Shown here piece by piece: positions 43,416 to 53,308 of a stretch of 64,000 nt of DNA. How positions within the stretch are numbered: position 1 is the stretch's first letter; each line of letters opens with the position of its first letter. The notes beneath the pieces are model-generated. The model worked only from the letters and a program-made list of their open reading frames with translations. It ran no database searches and was not told the DNA's origin. Source of the stretch: Oscillospiraceae bacterium (lineage in GTDB: Bacteria > Bacillota > Clostridia > Oscillospirales > Ruminococcaceae); assembly GCA_032059445.1 (NCBI GenBank), contig DAMCAP010000005.1, positions 36,227 to 100,226 of the forward strand, written 5' to 3'. A program made the position numbers and the translations under genes.

Positions 43416-44777
43416 ATGATGGATTTAGTAATTCGTAATGTCCGTATCGCTTCCCATACCGGAGTTTTTGTTGGTAGTATCGCAGTGAAGGATGGTCGTA
43501 TCGCAGCGATTACTTCTGTTGAAGCAACACCTGATGCCAAGCGTGTGATAGATGGCGGTGGTAGAGTAGCGATCCCTGGTTTGATTGATTCTCACGTACA
43601 CTTCCAAGATCCAGGCATCACACACAGAGAAGACTTCGAGTGTGGTACTATGGCAGGAGCAATGGGGGGAGTCACGACAGCGATCTCCCATCCCATGAAT
43701 ATTCCACCGATAGTGGATGAAGCAAGTTATAATTTTACCATTGATGCTTATGCAGGTAGAGGGTATATCGACTATGGCATCCATGGCGGTGGTACCAGTG
43801 ATAATATAGGCAGCATTAGAGAGCTGTGGCAAAACACTGGTGCAACCAGCATTAAGATGTTTATGTGCTTTTCTGTAGCTGATTTCCCTTATGTCAAGGA
43901 CGATGCACTTTATGCGATCTGTGAGCAAGCGGCAGAAATGGATGCGGTGGTGATGATCCATGCCGAAAACAACGAACTGATTGCAATGGAAGAAAAACGC
44001 CTCTTATCGGAGGGACGTATCGACCCTATGGCACATGTAGAGTCTCATAGTCGAGTAGGGGAGCTGGAGGCAGTAAAACGCGCCCTGTACTTCTTAGAGG
44101 TTACTGGAGCCAGGGGAGTAATACTACATACATGTATGACCGAGGCTCTTGAGGAGATCGCTTCTGCCAAGCGCCGAGGCGTTAAGGTGTATGCAGAGTG
44201 TTGCCCACATTTACTCACCTTTAATGAAGATGACATGATGGAATATGGACCATACCTCAAATTTACCCCTGTGATGAGAGACGAAGCTAACCGACAAAAG
44301 CTGTGGCAGATGCTGCAAGATGGATATGTTGACACTATAGGATCTGACCATAGCCCCTATACCCCCGAAGAAAAAAAGCGTGGCATGCTGGATATCTGGC
44401 AGGCACCCAACGGTATCCCGGGCATCCAGACGACACTACCTGTGCTACTGGATGGTGTAAACAAGGGGCTGCTGAGCTTAGAGCGCTTGGTGGAGGTCAC
44501 CAGCTACAACCCTTCCAGAGTCTTTGGTCTTGAGTATTGCAAGGGTGAAATCAAGGTAGGGCTGGATGCCGACATCGTGATTTTGGATATGGATCTGGAG
44601 AAAGAATTTACCCGAGAGGAAATGTGCTCAAAGTGTAAATGGTCCCCATATATCCAAAGACGCTTTAAGGGATGGCCAGATACCACGATAGTTAGAGGCG
44701 AGGTCGTTGTCCAAAACCGCAAGCTGATAGGCAAGGTCGGGCATGGTAGATATACCCCACGTAGAAAGGATTGTTAA
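43416..44777 (+). CDS. cyclic amidohydrolase (dihydropyrimidinase/hydantoinase/allantoinase family)
   Basis: Metal ligands DSHVHFQDPG, carbamylated-Lys context TSIKMFM, then MIHAEN, ILHTC and GSDHSP. 453 aa. Confidence 0.8.
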   Translation: MMDLVIRNVRIASHTGVFVGSIAVKDGRIAAITSVEATPDAKRVIDGGGRVAIPGLIDSHVHFQDPGITHREDFECGTMAGAMGGVTTAISHPMNIPPIVDEASYNFTIDAYAGRGYIDYGIHGGGTSDNIGSIRELWQNTGATSIKMFMCFSVADFPYVKDDALYAICEQAAEMDAVVMIHAENNELIAMEEKRLLSEGRIDPMAHVESHSRVGELEAVKRALYFLEVTGARGVILHTCMTEALEEIASAKRRGVKVYAECCPHLLTFNEDDMMEYGPYLKFTPVMRDEANRQKLWQMLQDGYVDTIGSDHSPYTPEEKKRGMLDIWQAPNGIPGIQTTLPVLLDGVNKGLLSLERLVEVTSYNPSRVFGLEYCKGEIKVGLDADIVILDMDLEKEFTREEMCSKCKWSPYIQRRFKGWPDTTIVRGEVVVQNRKLIGKVGHGRYTPRRKDC

Positions 44778-44778
44778 T

Positions 44779-45561
44779 ATGCAGCGTTATGTACGTGTGA
44801 GATACCAAGGTGTAATTTATTATGGTATCATCAATGATGATCAAGTAGAGCTTCTGGAGGGAAACACCCCCGAGAGTTTTACCAAGCTAGGTGTGCAGGT
44901 TCCGCTCTCTGAAGTAGAAAAGCTGATACCCTGTGAGCCACAAAAAATCATCTGCAGCGGTCTTAACTACACCGATACAGTCTTGGAAGAAGGAGCGAAA
45001 TGGCCAAAGGTGCCACTGATCTTCCTAAAGCCCCCAACCGCAATGATTGGCGATGGTCAAGAGATCCACAAAAATGGTATGGTGGAGTGGCTCAATTGCG
45101 AAGCGGAGCTAGGTGTAGTGATCGGCAAGGATTGCAAGTACGTGTCGAAGGAGCAGGCGATGGACTATGTCTGGGGCTACATTGCCGCAAACGACATCAC
45201 TGCAAAGGACCTGCAAAAAGCAGATACCCTGTGGACGAGAGCAAAGTCATTTGATACCTTCTTACCTCTCAGCGATGAAATCGTTTCGGGTATCGATGGT
45301 GGAAACTTAGATGTTTCGTGCTATATCAACGATCAGCAGGTGCAAAAAGGCAATACTCGCGATTTGCTTTTTGATATTTCGACCCTCATTAGTTTTTGTT
45401 CTACCGTAATGACATTAAAGGCAGGTGATATCATTATTACTGGCACCCCGGGTGGGTATGGCAAGCATATCGTGGATGGTGATGTAGTCCGCATTGAGAT
45501 CGATAAGGTAGGCAAGGTTACAAACACAGTAAAATACGTGGACTATAACTGGGCTTTATAA
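44779..45561 (+). CDS. fumarylacetoacetate hydrolase (FAH) family protein
   Basis: Start at MQRYVRVRYQG after AAAGGA. Motifs NCEAELGVVIG, ANDITAKD and GDIIITGTPGG. Confidence 0.8.
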   Translation: MQRYVRVRYQGVIYYGIINDDQVELLEGNTPESFTKLGVQVPLSEVEKLIPCEPQKIICSGLNYTDTVLEEGAKWPKVPLIFLKPPTAMIGDGQEIHKNGMVEWLNCEAELGVVIGKDCKYVSKEQAMDYVWGYIAANDITAKDLQKADTLWTRAKSFDTFLPLSDEIVSGIDGGNLDVSCYINDQQVQKGNTRDLLFDISTLISFCSTVMTLKAGDIIITGTPGGYGKHIVDGDVVRIEIDKVGKVTNTVKYVDYNWAL

Positions 45562-45610
45562 TCTCGAAGAAAACCCCTAAATTAAAAAACATACATATTA
45601 GGAGGAAAAC

Positions 45611-46603
45611 ATGAAGATCGTAGATACCGTTAGAAAATTCCCTTGTGGGATGCAGGTTATTCCATTATTACTTGCTTGTACAATTAACACTTTCGCCCCT
45701 CAAGCACTAAAGATTGGAGGCTTCACCTCGGGACTATTCTCAAGCGCAGGCGCTCCCACGGCAGTAGGTATGTTTATGTTTTGTACTGGAGCTACCATCG
45801 ATATAAAAAAGATGGGGGAACCCTTTGCTAAAGGATTTGTAATGTTAGTTGTTAAGTATGTTGTTGGTATGTACCTTGGTATTTTTGTAGGTAAAATTTT
45901 TGGACCTCTGGGTATTTTAGGTATTACTCCTCTTGCAATCATTGGAGCTACTACCAACTCTAATGGTGTAATGTACGGTACACTTGCAAAGAAATATGGT
46001 GTTTCAAATGATCTGGGTGCGATAGCTCCCCTTGCATTAAATGATGGACCTTTTTTAACAATGATTGCTTTGGGTGCTTCTGGCATGGCGGATATTCCAA
46101 TCAAATCCCTCGTCGCAGCACTGATACCTTTGTTTTTGGGTATCGTACTGGCAAATATAGATGTTAAGATTCGTGAGCTTTGTGAGGGCGCAGCTCCATT
46201 CTTGATCCCTTTTAACGGCTGGACACTGGGCGCTGGTATGACTTGGAACGAGATCGTCAAGGCGGGCTTACCAGGTGTAGTGTTAGGTATCGTGACTCTG
46301 TTAGCTACTGGATTAACATCTATGATTGCATTTAACCTAATCTTCCGCAGAGGTAAGCGTCCATTAGCTACTGGATGCGCTGTAGGCAACACTGCCGGCA
46401 ACGCGATCTCAACGCCAAGATTCTTGGCAGAGGCCGATCCGAGCCTTGCTTCCGTTGCGCCGATGGCAACTGCACAGATTGCAACTTCTTGCGTCGTAAC
46501 TGCGATTTTGTGTCCGATTTTGACAGCATATATGGACAAAAAAATCACAGAAAAACATGGAAAGTTAGATCAATGTGAGCTTGTAAGCTCAACAGAGTGG
46601 TAA
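45611..46603 (+). CDS. KdgT-family (2-keto-3-deoxygluconate permease-like) transporter
   Basis: N-terminal MKIVDTVRKFPCGMQVIPLLLACTINTFAP closely parallels KdgT. 330 aa polytopic membrane protein. Confidence 0.75.
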   Translation: MKIVDTVRKFPCGMQVIPLLLACTINTFAPQALKIGGFTSGLFSSAGAPTAVGMFMFCTGATIDIKKMGEPFAKGFVMLVVKYVVGMYLGIFVGKIFGPLGILGITPLAIIGATTNSNGVMYGTLAKKYGVSNDLGAIAPLALNDGPFLTMIALGASGMADIPIKSLVAALIPLFLGIVLANIDVKIRELCEGAAPFLIPFNGWTLGAGMTWNEIVKAGLPGVVLGIVTLLATGLTSMIAFNLIFRRGKRPLATGCAVGNTAGNAISTPRFLAEADPSLASVAPMATAQIATSCVVTAILCPILTAYMDKKITEKHGKLDQCELVSSTEW

Positions 46604-46619
46604 AAAAGGGAGAAAAATA

Positions 46620-47366
46620 ATGAGAATTTTAGTTATCAACCCTAACATATCCGAGGATGTAACACGATTAATTGAGCAGGAGTCTCGTCGGGCTGCTTCA
46701 GCAGATACCCAGCTTATATTTGATACCGCAAAATTGGGAGTAGCCTATATAGAAACACGCATGGAGTCCCTAGTAGGCGGGTATGCGACAGCTTGCCTAG
46801 CAGCTGAACATTATGGTGAGTATGACGGTTTGGTCGTAGCAGCTTTTGGCGACCCGGGGTTATTAGGTCTCAAAGAACTGCTACCCTGCCCTGTGGTAGG
46901 TATGACCGAAGCAGCTCTTGCATCTGCCGCTTTGTTGGGACAACGATTCTCGATCATTGCGATTTCCCATCGTATCGCAGCGTGGTATCGTGAAACAGTC
47001 GAGAGAAGCCATCTCTCCACTCGACTCGCAAGCATCCGCTCTCTGAATGACCCGCTAAGAGACATCGGTACTGTGCAAGAAGATCACTCTGATCGCCTGC
47101 TGGAGCTTGCCAAAGAAGCAGTGCAAAAGGATGGAGCAGATGTCATAATACTGGCCGGTGCTCCTCTGGCAGGTCTCGCAAGAACACTACAGGGCAAAAT
47201 CCCAGTGCCAGTTGTGGATGGTGTATCTAGTGCTATCCGACACTGTGAGACTTTAATTGCTTTGAATCCTGGTATAGCTAAAGAGAGCAGTTTTGCACAG
47301 CCCCCCATAAAGCCCAATAAAGGAATGCCTGAAAAGCTAACTGCCCTATTTAACCGTACACTGTAA
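46620..47366 (+). CDS. Asp/Glu/hydantoin racemase-fold protein lacking both canonical catalytic cysteines
   Basis: MRILVINPN..., then VVAAFGDPGL and IILAGAPLAGL where hydantoin racemases have ACFxDPGL and LGCAGM (from memory). Confidence 0.7.
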   Translation: MRILVINPNISEDVTRLIEQESRRAASADTQLIFDTAKLGVAYIETRMESLVGGYATACLAAEHYGEYDGLVVAAFGDPGLLGLKELLPCPVVGMTEAALASAALLGQRFSIIAISHRIAAWYRETVERSHLSTRLASIRSLNDPLRDIGTVQEDHSDRLLELAKEAVQKDGADVIILAGAPLAGLARTLQGKIPVPVVDGVSSAIRHCETLIALNPGIAKESSFAQPPIKPNKGMPEKLTALFNRTL

Positions 47367-47518
47367 CCATTTTACAAAGTAGTCTTCTCTACTTTGCCCG
47401 CTGGTAACCGCATGGCTCAACAAGCGCATTGACCAGAAGTATGGCAAGAGAGTAGTAGAAACAGCGCAAAAAGCCTAGGTTCTGTCGTAGCCCAACTGCT
47501 TCACACGATGCAATAAAG

Positions 47519-47558
47519 ATCTCCTGTTATAGAGTATATCTATAACAGGAGATTTTTC
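47519..47558 (+). terminator. intrinsic terminator about 150 nt downstream of the racemase-like gene
   Basis: Perfect 15 bp stem ATCTCCTGTTATAGA/TCTATAACAGGAGAT followed by TTTTT. Confidence 0.75.
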
Positions 47559-47911
47559 ATTTATCCTATAGGGGCTATATAAGTGTAGATGCAGTGGATT
47601 AACTCCCTCGGAGTTTTTATTAAACCTACCTGATGGCATTGATCGTCTGTATAATCAAATCGTAAACTCAAAGGCTTCTCATAAAACCACCCAGTGTGGT
47701 ATAATGAAATTATCATAACTAGCCCCAAGTGTATCTTATTTCGCGCTACAGCAACCATATACTTAAACAAATTGGGCGGGCTTGCGGTATCGAAGTGATT
47801 ACAGATGCTGTCTGTACTGGTATAATAATCACAGAGGTTTTTATGATAAACGGTCTTTTATGCCCTCTAATATAAACGTAATTTCACCCGTAAACAGAAA
47901 AGGATGCTGCT

Positions 47912-48595
47912 ATGTATAAAATCATGATCGTGGAAGACGACCCTGTAATTGCCAAAGAGGTTTGCCGTGGCCTTAGCAAATGGGGTTATGACGCCAGAGC
48001 CGCAGAGGATTTTTCGGATGTGCTGAGCATCTTTGCCGAGTATGACCCCCACCTAGTACTGATGGATATTTCACTGCCCTTCTATAACGGCTACCATTGG
48101 TGCCAAGAAATCCGCAAGCTCTCCAAGGTGCCAATCATGTTCCTATCTTCTGCCTGCGAAAAAATGAACATCATCATGGCGGTCAATATGGGCGGAGATG
48201 ATTTTATTTCTAAGCCCTTTGATATGGAGATGCTCTCTGCTAAGGTACAGGCTCTATTACGCCGCGCTTATTCCTTTCAGGTAAATTCCGCTATAGCGGA
48301 GCATAGGGGCGCAATTTTAAACCTTGCCGACGGTACCCTCTTCTATAGCGGGCAAAAAATTGAGCTAACCCGCAATGAATTTCGCATGCTGCAGCTCTTT
48401 TTTGAGAATAAAGGGAAGATCGTTTCGCGGGAGATGCTAATGAAGCGCCTATGGGAAAGCGATTGCTTCATCGATGACAACACCCTTACGGTAAACATTG
48501 CAAGGCTACGAAAAAAGTTGGATGATGGAGGGCTTCTAAACTTCATCTGCACCAAAAAGGGCGTAGGCTATATCTTGGAGGATAACTATGGATAA
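47912..48595 (+). CDS. OmpR-family response regulator (BceR-like)
   Basis: Receiver domain (LVLMDISLP) plus winged-helix output domain. Adjacent to a BceS-like kinase and BceAB-like ABC transporter. Confidence 0.85.
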   Translation: MYKIMIVEDDPVIAKEVCRGLSKWGYDARAAEDFSDVLSIFAEYDPHLVLMDISLPFYNGYHWCQEIRKLSKVPIMFLSSACEKMNIIMAVNMGGDDFISKPFDMEMLSAKVQALLRRAYSFQVNSAIAEHRGAILNLADGTLFYSGQKIELTRNEFRMLQLFFENKGKIVSREMLMKRLWESDCFIDDNTLTVNIARLRKKLDDGGLLNFICTKKGVGYILEDNYG

Positions 48596-49607
48596 ACCTA
48601 GCGATGTAGAGCTCTTACTCAAGTGGCTTCGGTATCGGTTTACCTTCCTGTTGGCAGTGGCGGGAGGGTGCCTTTTGTTTGTTTCTCTTGCGCTGCTCTC
48701 TCACATTGACCCGCGCCCCTCATTGTATGGAGCGTGGCTCTGCTTATTTTTGTGCCTGCTTTGGAGCGCTTTTGATTTTTTGCATTTCCGGCAAAAGCTC
48801 TGCCGTCTAAACGAAGCGCTTCATAATTTGCAGATAAGCCTAAAGCAGCTTCCCGAAGCGGCAGGCCCTATAGAGGAGCAATATCAGGCTTTGGTCCGAG
48901 AGCTCCATGATGATCGAGCTGCACAGATTTCAGAAAATCAAAAGGAAAAAAGCAATCGGGAGGATTACTATACCCTTTGGGTCCATCAGATCAAAACCCC
49001 CATTGCGGCACTAAGGCTCCTCCTGCAGTCGGATGATCTGCGGGGCGGTGTATTTGCCATGGAGCAGGAGCTATTTAAGATCGAGCAGTATGCCGAAATG
49101 GTGTTGCAGTATCTTCGACTCGAGAGCCTATCCTATGATTTGATCCTAAGAGAATACCCACTGCATGCACTGGTAAATCAGGCTGTTAAGAAGTATGCCA
49201 CTGCTTTTATCGGCAAGGGGCTTTCGGTGGATCTAGAGCGCTTTGATTTAACCGTAATTACCGATGAAAAATGGATGAGCTTTGTGATTGAGCAGCTACT
49301 TTCAAACTGTATCAAGTACACCAATAAGGGTGGCTTGCAGATCAGGCTGGACCCTCAAAGCAATCGCTGCCTGTTGATCTCCGATACCGGCATTGGGATC
49401 AAGCCAGAGGATATACCACGCATATTTGACCGTGGCTTTACCGGCTATAACGGTCGGATGGACAAAACCTCCACCGGCATCGGCCTCTACCTTTGCAAAA
49501 AAGTAACGGAGCGCCTAGGGCTGGAGCTAAGTGTCAGCTCAAAGCTTGGAGAAGGCACCTGCTACCGCATCTATTTTCCTTCATCTGAGGATACCTTACA
49601 AAAATGA
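48588..49607 (+). CDS. intramembrane-sensing histidine kinase (BceS-like)
   Basis: Two N-terminal TM helices with a minimal loop, H-box WVHQIKTPIAAL and an HATPase domain. 339 aa. Confidence 0.85.
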   Translation: MDKPSDVELLLKWLRYRFTFLLAVAGGCLLFVSLALLSHIDPRPSLYGAWLCLFLCLLWSAFDFLHFRQKLCRLNEALHNLQISLKQLPEAAGPIEEQYQALVRELHDDRAAQISENQKEKSNREDYYTLWVHQIKTPIAALRLLLQSDDLRGGVFAMEQELFKIEQYAEMVLQYLRLESLSYDLILREYPLHALVNQAVKKYATAFIGKGLSVDLERFDLTVITDEKWMSFVIEQLLSNCIKYTNKGGLQIRLDPQSNRCLLISDTGIGIKPEDIPRIFDRGFTGYNGRMDKTSTGIGLYLCKKVTERLGLELSVSSKLGEGTCYRIYFPSSEDTLQK

Positions 49608-49702
49608 AAGATTGCCCCCTTAGATTGTAAGCCAAAGCTATGGCTGCAAATTTTTTGCTTTGCTATGATAGTAAGTAGATAAAGCAAAGGAGGAAATTAC
49701 AT

Positions 49703-50470
49703 TTGGCTTTACTTGAAGTAAAAAACCTAAAAAAAGTATACACCACCCGCTTTGGTGGCCACGCAGTACAAGCTCTTGAGAACGTGAGTTTTTCTGTGGA
49801 AAATGGGGAGTACGTAGCGATTATGGGGGAATCAGGCTCAGGCAAAACAACCCTGCTCAATCTCTTAGCTTCTCTCGATAAGCCTACAGGCGGTGAAATT
49901 TATCTGGAGGGGACGCCTTTTTCTAAGGTCAAGCAAAAAGCCCTCTGTGCCTTTCGCAGAGATAATCTAGGCTTCGTGTTTCAGGATTTTAATCTGCTCG
50001 ATAGCTTTTCTCTGCAAGATAATATTGTTTTGCCATTGGTGCTTCAGGGGGTAAAGCCCGCTGAAATGTTTGAACGCCTAAATGTGCTTGCAAAGGACTT
50101 AGGAATCACCGAGCTATTGGAAAAATACCCATATGAAGTATCGGGAGGGCAGAAGCAGCGGGCTGCCGCCGCGCGAGCACTGATCACCCGCCCAAAGCTT
50201 GTGTTGGCAGATGAGCCTACCGGTGCGCTGGATTCTAAAGCAGCAGCACAACTGCTGAGCCTCTTTGAGACCATTAATCGTCAGGGTCAGACCATTGTTA
50301 TGGTTACCCACAGTGTGCAGGCGGCCAGCCACGCCAAGCGTGTGCTGTTTATTAAGGACGGCAGCCTATTTAATCAGATCTATCGGGGCGAGCAATCCTA
50401 TGACGAGATGTTTCGTATGATTTCTGACACCTTGTCTGTTTTACAGGCGGGAGGAAGTAGCCATGCATAG
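49703..50470 (+). CDS. ABC transporter ATP-binding protein (BceA/MacB-type)
   Basis: TTG start after GGAGG. Walker A GESGSGKTT, signature VSGGQKQR and Walker B LVLADEPTG. Confidence 0.9.
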   Translation: MALLEVKNLKKVYTTRFGGHAVQALENVSFSVENGEYVAIMGESGSGKTTLLNLLASLDKPTGGEIYLEGTPFSKVKQKALCAFRRDNLGFVFQDFNLLDSFSLQDNIVLPLVLQGVKPAEMFERLNVLAKDLGITELLEKYPYEVSGGQKQRAAAARALITRPKLVLADEPTGALDSKAAAQLLSLFETINRQGQTIVMVTHSVQAASHAKRVLFIKDGSLFNQIYRGEQSYDEMFRMISDTLSVLQAGGSSHA

Positions 50471-52433
50471 AGTGCGTATTCTTCCGAAGCTTGCTTATAA
50501 TAGCATTAAAAAAAGCGCGGCTACCTACCTGCCTTATATCTTTGCCACATCCTTTGCGGTGTTTGTGTTCTTTATTTTTTGTGCCATTTCAGGGAACGAA
50601 ATGATGAAAAAAATGCCCCATGCGGGCTATCTGCTTATGCTGATGCAGGTAGGCATGGTGCTTTTGGGGTTTGTACTCATTCCCTTTTTGTTTTATACCA
50701 ACAGCTTCTTGATGAAGCAACGCAAGCGGGAGATGGGGCTTTACAGTATTTTGGGTTTGGAAAAAAAGCATATCGGCCTGATCATTGCCGCAGAAACCCT
50801 CATGGTTTGCGCCGTTTCACTGACTTTGGGCATCATCATGGCACTGGTGTTTTCAAAGCTCATTTTTCTTTTGCTACTCAATATCACAAGGCTGCCCATC
50901 GATGCGCAGTTTACTGCAGCACCTTTTTGCTATGTTGCAACCGCAGCTTTTTTTGGCGGTGTGTTTCTTTTAAATCTATTGATCAATTTATTTGAAGTAT
51001 CCCGTGCTAAGCCCTCTGATCTTTTTCAGAGTGCCCGCAAGGGGGAGAAGCAACCGAAGCACCTGTGGCCGACCACCTTGCTGGGGGTCGTTTCTCTAAG
51101 CTACGGATATTATTTAGCGGTGAATTTTACGCTGAACAGCAATTTTGTTCTCATTATTTTTGGTGCGATTTTGCTGGTGATTTTGGGCACTTACTGCTTG
51201 TTTTCATCAGGTATTATTACGTTTTTGCGGATGCTAAAGAAGAATCAGAAGTTTTATTACAGCAATAAAAACTTCGTCACTGTATCGGGTATGCTGTACC
51301 GTATGCGTAAAAATGCGGCAAGCTTGTCAAATATCTGCATCTTTAGCACTATGGTCATCATCACATTGGTGTGTACGGTATCTCTCTTTAAGGGCTTTGA
51401 CAATATTGCAGATTACCGCTACCCCTACGATGTCGACCTACGCTTTGTAAATAGTCAGTTTATAAAGAGAGAAGAGTTAAAAGAGAAGATACTCACAGAG
51501 GCCAAAAGTAAGAATGTAAATGTTTCAAACTTTATTGAGTTTGAGTATATGAGTATGAGTCTACAGCAGCAGGGGAATAGCTTCCAACTTATGGAGGGGG
51601 CGGGCTACCACCCCAATGTAGAGGTGTTACGGGTGATACGCCTGGAGGAGTATAATCGGATCGAAAATGAAGCGAAGACCCTTGCACCAAATGAAATTTT
51701 GTTCTTTAGCACTTCGACTGACCTTGGTGCCCATGAGATAATTATCGGTAATACCACCTATGCGGTAAAGGAAGAGCTCCAATCCCTCAGCTTTGAGACG
51801 AAAGAGCCAAGGGCTTTTAACAACGATTATTATATTGTGGTAGCCGACCAAAAGGAGCAGCAATATCTCTTTGATGTCATGAAGCGCTCGCAGGATCAAT
51901 GGATCTATACAAGTAGATTTGACATTGAGGGCTTAGAGCAGGACAAGGAAGCCTATGTAGGAGCCCTTGGTGGCTGGGCACAGGGGGTAGAGGGATTTTC
52001 TCGTTTTGACAACCGTGTAGACGGTGAAAAGCAGGATGCAGCAATTTTGGGCGGACTGTTATTCCTAGGGGTATTTTTCGGCATTATCTTTATGGTCTGC
52101 ATGATTATGATTATGTATTATAAGCAGCTCTCAGAGGGCTATGAGGACAAAACCAACTTCGATGTGATGCAGCAGGTGGGCATGAGCCAAGAAGAAGTCA
52201 AGGGTACCATTCGTCGTCAAATTCTTACGGTATTCTTCTTGCCTCTGGCAGTGGCTTCTTTGCATACGGCTATAGCGCTCGGTGGGGTAGAAACTATGCT
52301 TAATACCTTGAATTTGTATAACCACCCCTTGATTGCATACAGCACCCTCGGGGTATGGGTCGCCTTTGCGGCGGTATACATCGTCAGCTATCATCTGACG
52401 GCCAGGGCATACTACCGCATTGTGCGCCGTTGA
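50463..52433 (+). CDS. FtsX-domain ABC permease (BceB-type, 10 TM with large extracellular domain)
   Basis: 656 aa with two FtsX-like TM bundles separated by a roughly 200 aa loop. It overlaps the ATPase gene. Confidence 0.85.
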   Translation: MHRVRILPKLAYNSIKKSAATYLPYIFATSFAVFVFFIFCAISGNEMMKKMPHAGYLLMLMQVGMVLLGFVLIPFLFYTNSFLMKQRKREMGLYSILGLEKKHIGLIIAAETLMVCAVSLTLGIIMALVFSKLIFLLLLNITRLPIDAQFTAAPFCYVATAAFFGGVFLLNLLINLFEVSRAKPSDLFQSARKGEKQPKHLWPTTLLGVVSLSYGYYLAVNFTLNSNFVLIIFGAILLVILGTYCLFSSGIITFLRMLKKNQKFYYSNKNFVTVSGMLYRMRKNAASLSNICIFSTMVIITLVCTVSLFKGFDNIADYRYPYDVDLRFVNSQFIKREELKEKILTEAKSKNVNVSNFIEFEYMSMSLQQQGNSFQLMEGAGYHPNVEVLRVIRLEEYNRIENEAKTLAPNEILFFSTSTDLGAHEIIIGNTTYAVKEELQSLSFETKEPRAFNNDYYIVVADQKEQQYLFDVMKRSQDQWIYTSRFDIEGLEQDKEAYVGALGGWAQGVEGFSRFDNRVDGEKQDAAILGGLLFLGVFFGIIFMVCMIMIMYYKQLSEGYEDKTNFDVMQQVGMSQEEVKGTIRRQILTVFFLPLAVASLHTAIALGGVETMLNTLNLYNHPLIAYSTLGVWVAFAAVYIVSYHLTARAYYRIVRR

Positions 52434-52452
52434 TCAAAGTTCGTATAAAGAT

Positions 52453-52495
52453 AAACCCGAGCTTAGGGCAGTTGTGCTGCCTTTAGCTCGGGTTT
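52453..52495 (+). terminator. terminator after the permease gene
   Basis: Long stem AAACCCGAGCTTAGGGCAG / CTGCCTTTAGCTCGGGTTT. Confidence 0.65.
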
Positions 52496-52596
52496 ATCTT
52501 GTAGCTCAGCTATTGATTAAATTGATAACACTTGCGTATCTACACGATTAATAGATATGCTTTCATGGGGCTTAAACCTCCATATACGCTTATGTA

Positions 52597-52626
52597 TAAA
52601 AAAATCCGCCCTGTGAGAGGGCGGAC
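52597..52626 (-). terminator. terminator after the cold-shock gene
   Basis: Minus strand reads TCCGCCCT-CTCAC-AGGGCGGA followed by TTTTTTTAT. Confidence 0.75.
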
Positions 52627-52638
52627 TTCTTGTTTCAT

Positions 52639-52851
52639 TTAGACGATCTGCACGTTTACAGCGCGAAGCTTCTTGCGATCCTTTGGATCAGCCTGAATAT
52701 CAAACATGACCTTCTGGCCTTCTTGCAGGGACTTAAAGCCATTGCTCATGATAGCAGAGAAATGTACAAATACATCCTCGCCGCCGTTGTCATTGGAGAT
52801 AAATCCAAATCCCTTTGTTTCATTAAACCATTTAACAGTACCGTTATTCAT
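52639..52851 (-). CDS. cold-shock protein (CspA family)
   Basis: 70 aa, [18 protein letters not shown]...DVFVHFSAI, containing the RNP1 and RNP2 motifs. Confidence 0.95.
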   Translation of the reverse strand: MNNGTVKWFNETKGFGFISNDNGGEDVFVHFSAIMSNGFKSLQEGQKVMFDIQADPKDRKKLRAVNVQIV

Positions 52852-53308
52852 AAACTGTACCTCCTAAAAAAATGTTATTCTGTGCAAAAAATAAAAAACC
52901 ACAGATACTAAGTCAAAATGAGAACTGACTTAAAACCCATGGCTATCAAATCACTACATTTAGAATACTGATTTAGTATACAACACAAAAGCAAATTTGT
53001 CAAGAGCAAAATAAATATAATTTGGATAAGTAGTTTATAGTGATAAAAAGTGCAATTATAGAATGCTTTGCTGCTACGCTTGCTTTGATTATCCTGTGAT
53101 CACTGTGAACAGGGTGGCTTTTGCTTTGTATCTTGCGGGTACGATAGATTTCAGAGTATTTCACTATGCTCTGGTAAATATATCAACTAGCTATCGTATG
53201 AAATAACTAAGAGAAAACGCCATTTGTTAGACCAATCGCACATTGTATGCTTTACCCGCTCCCTATAAAATGAGTGGTAACGCCGATATCAGGCAAGGAG
53301 GATGAGAC

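Noticed and set aside
47561-47770. 69 aa minus-strand ORF between the racemase-like gene and the Bce regulator.
   Set aside because: No RBS, no domain, AT-rich spacer. Not supportable.
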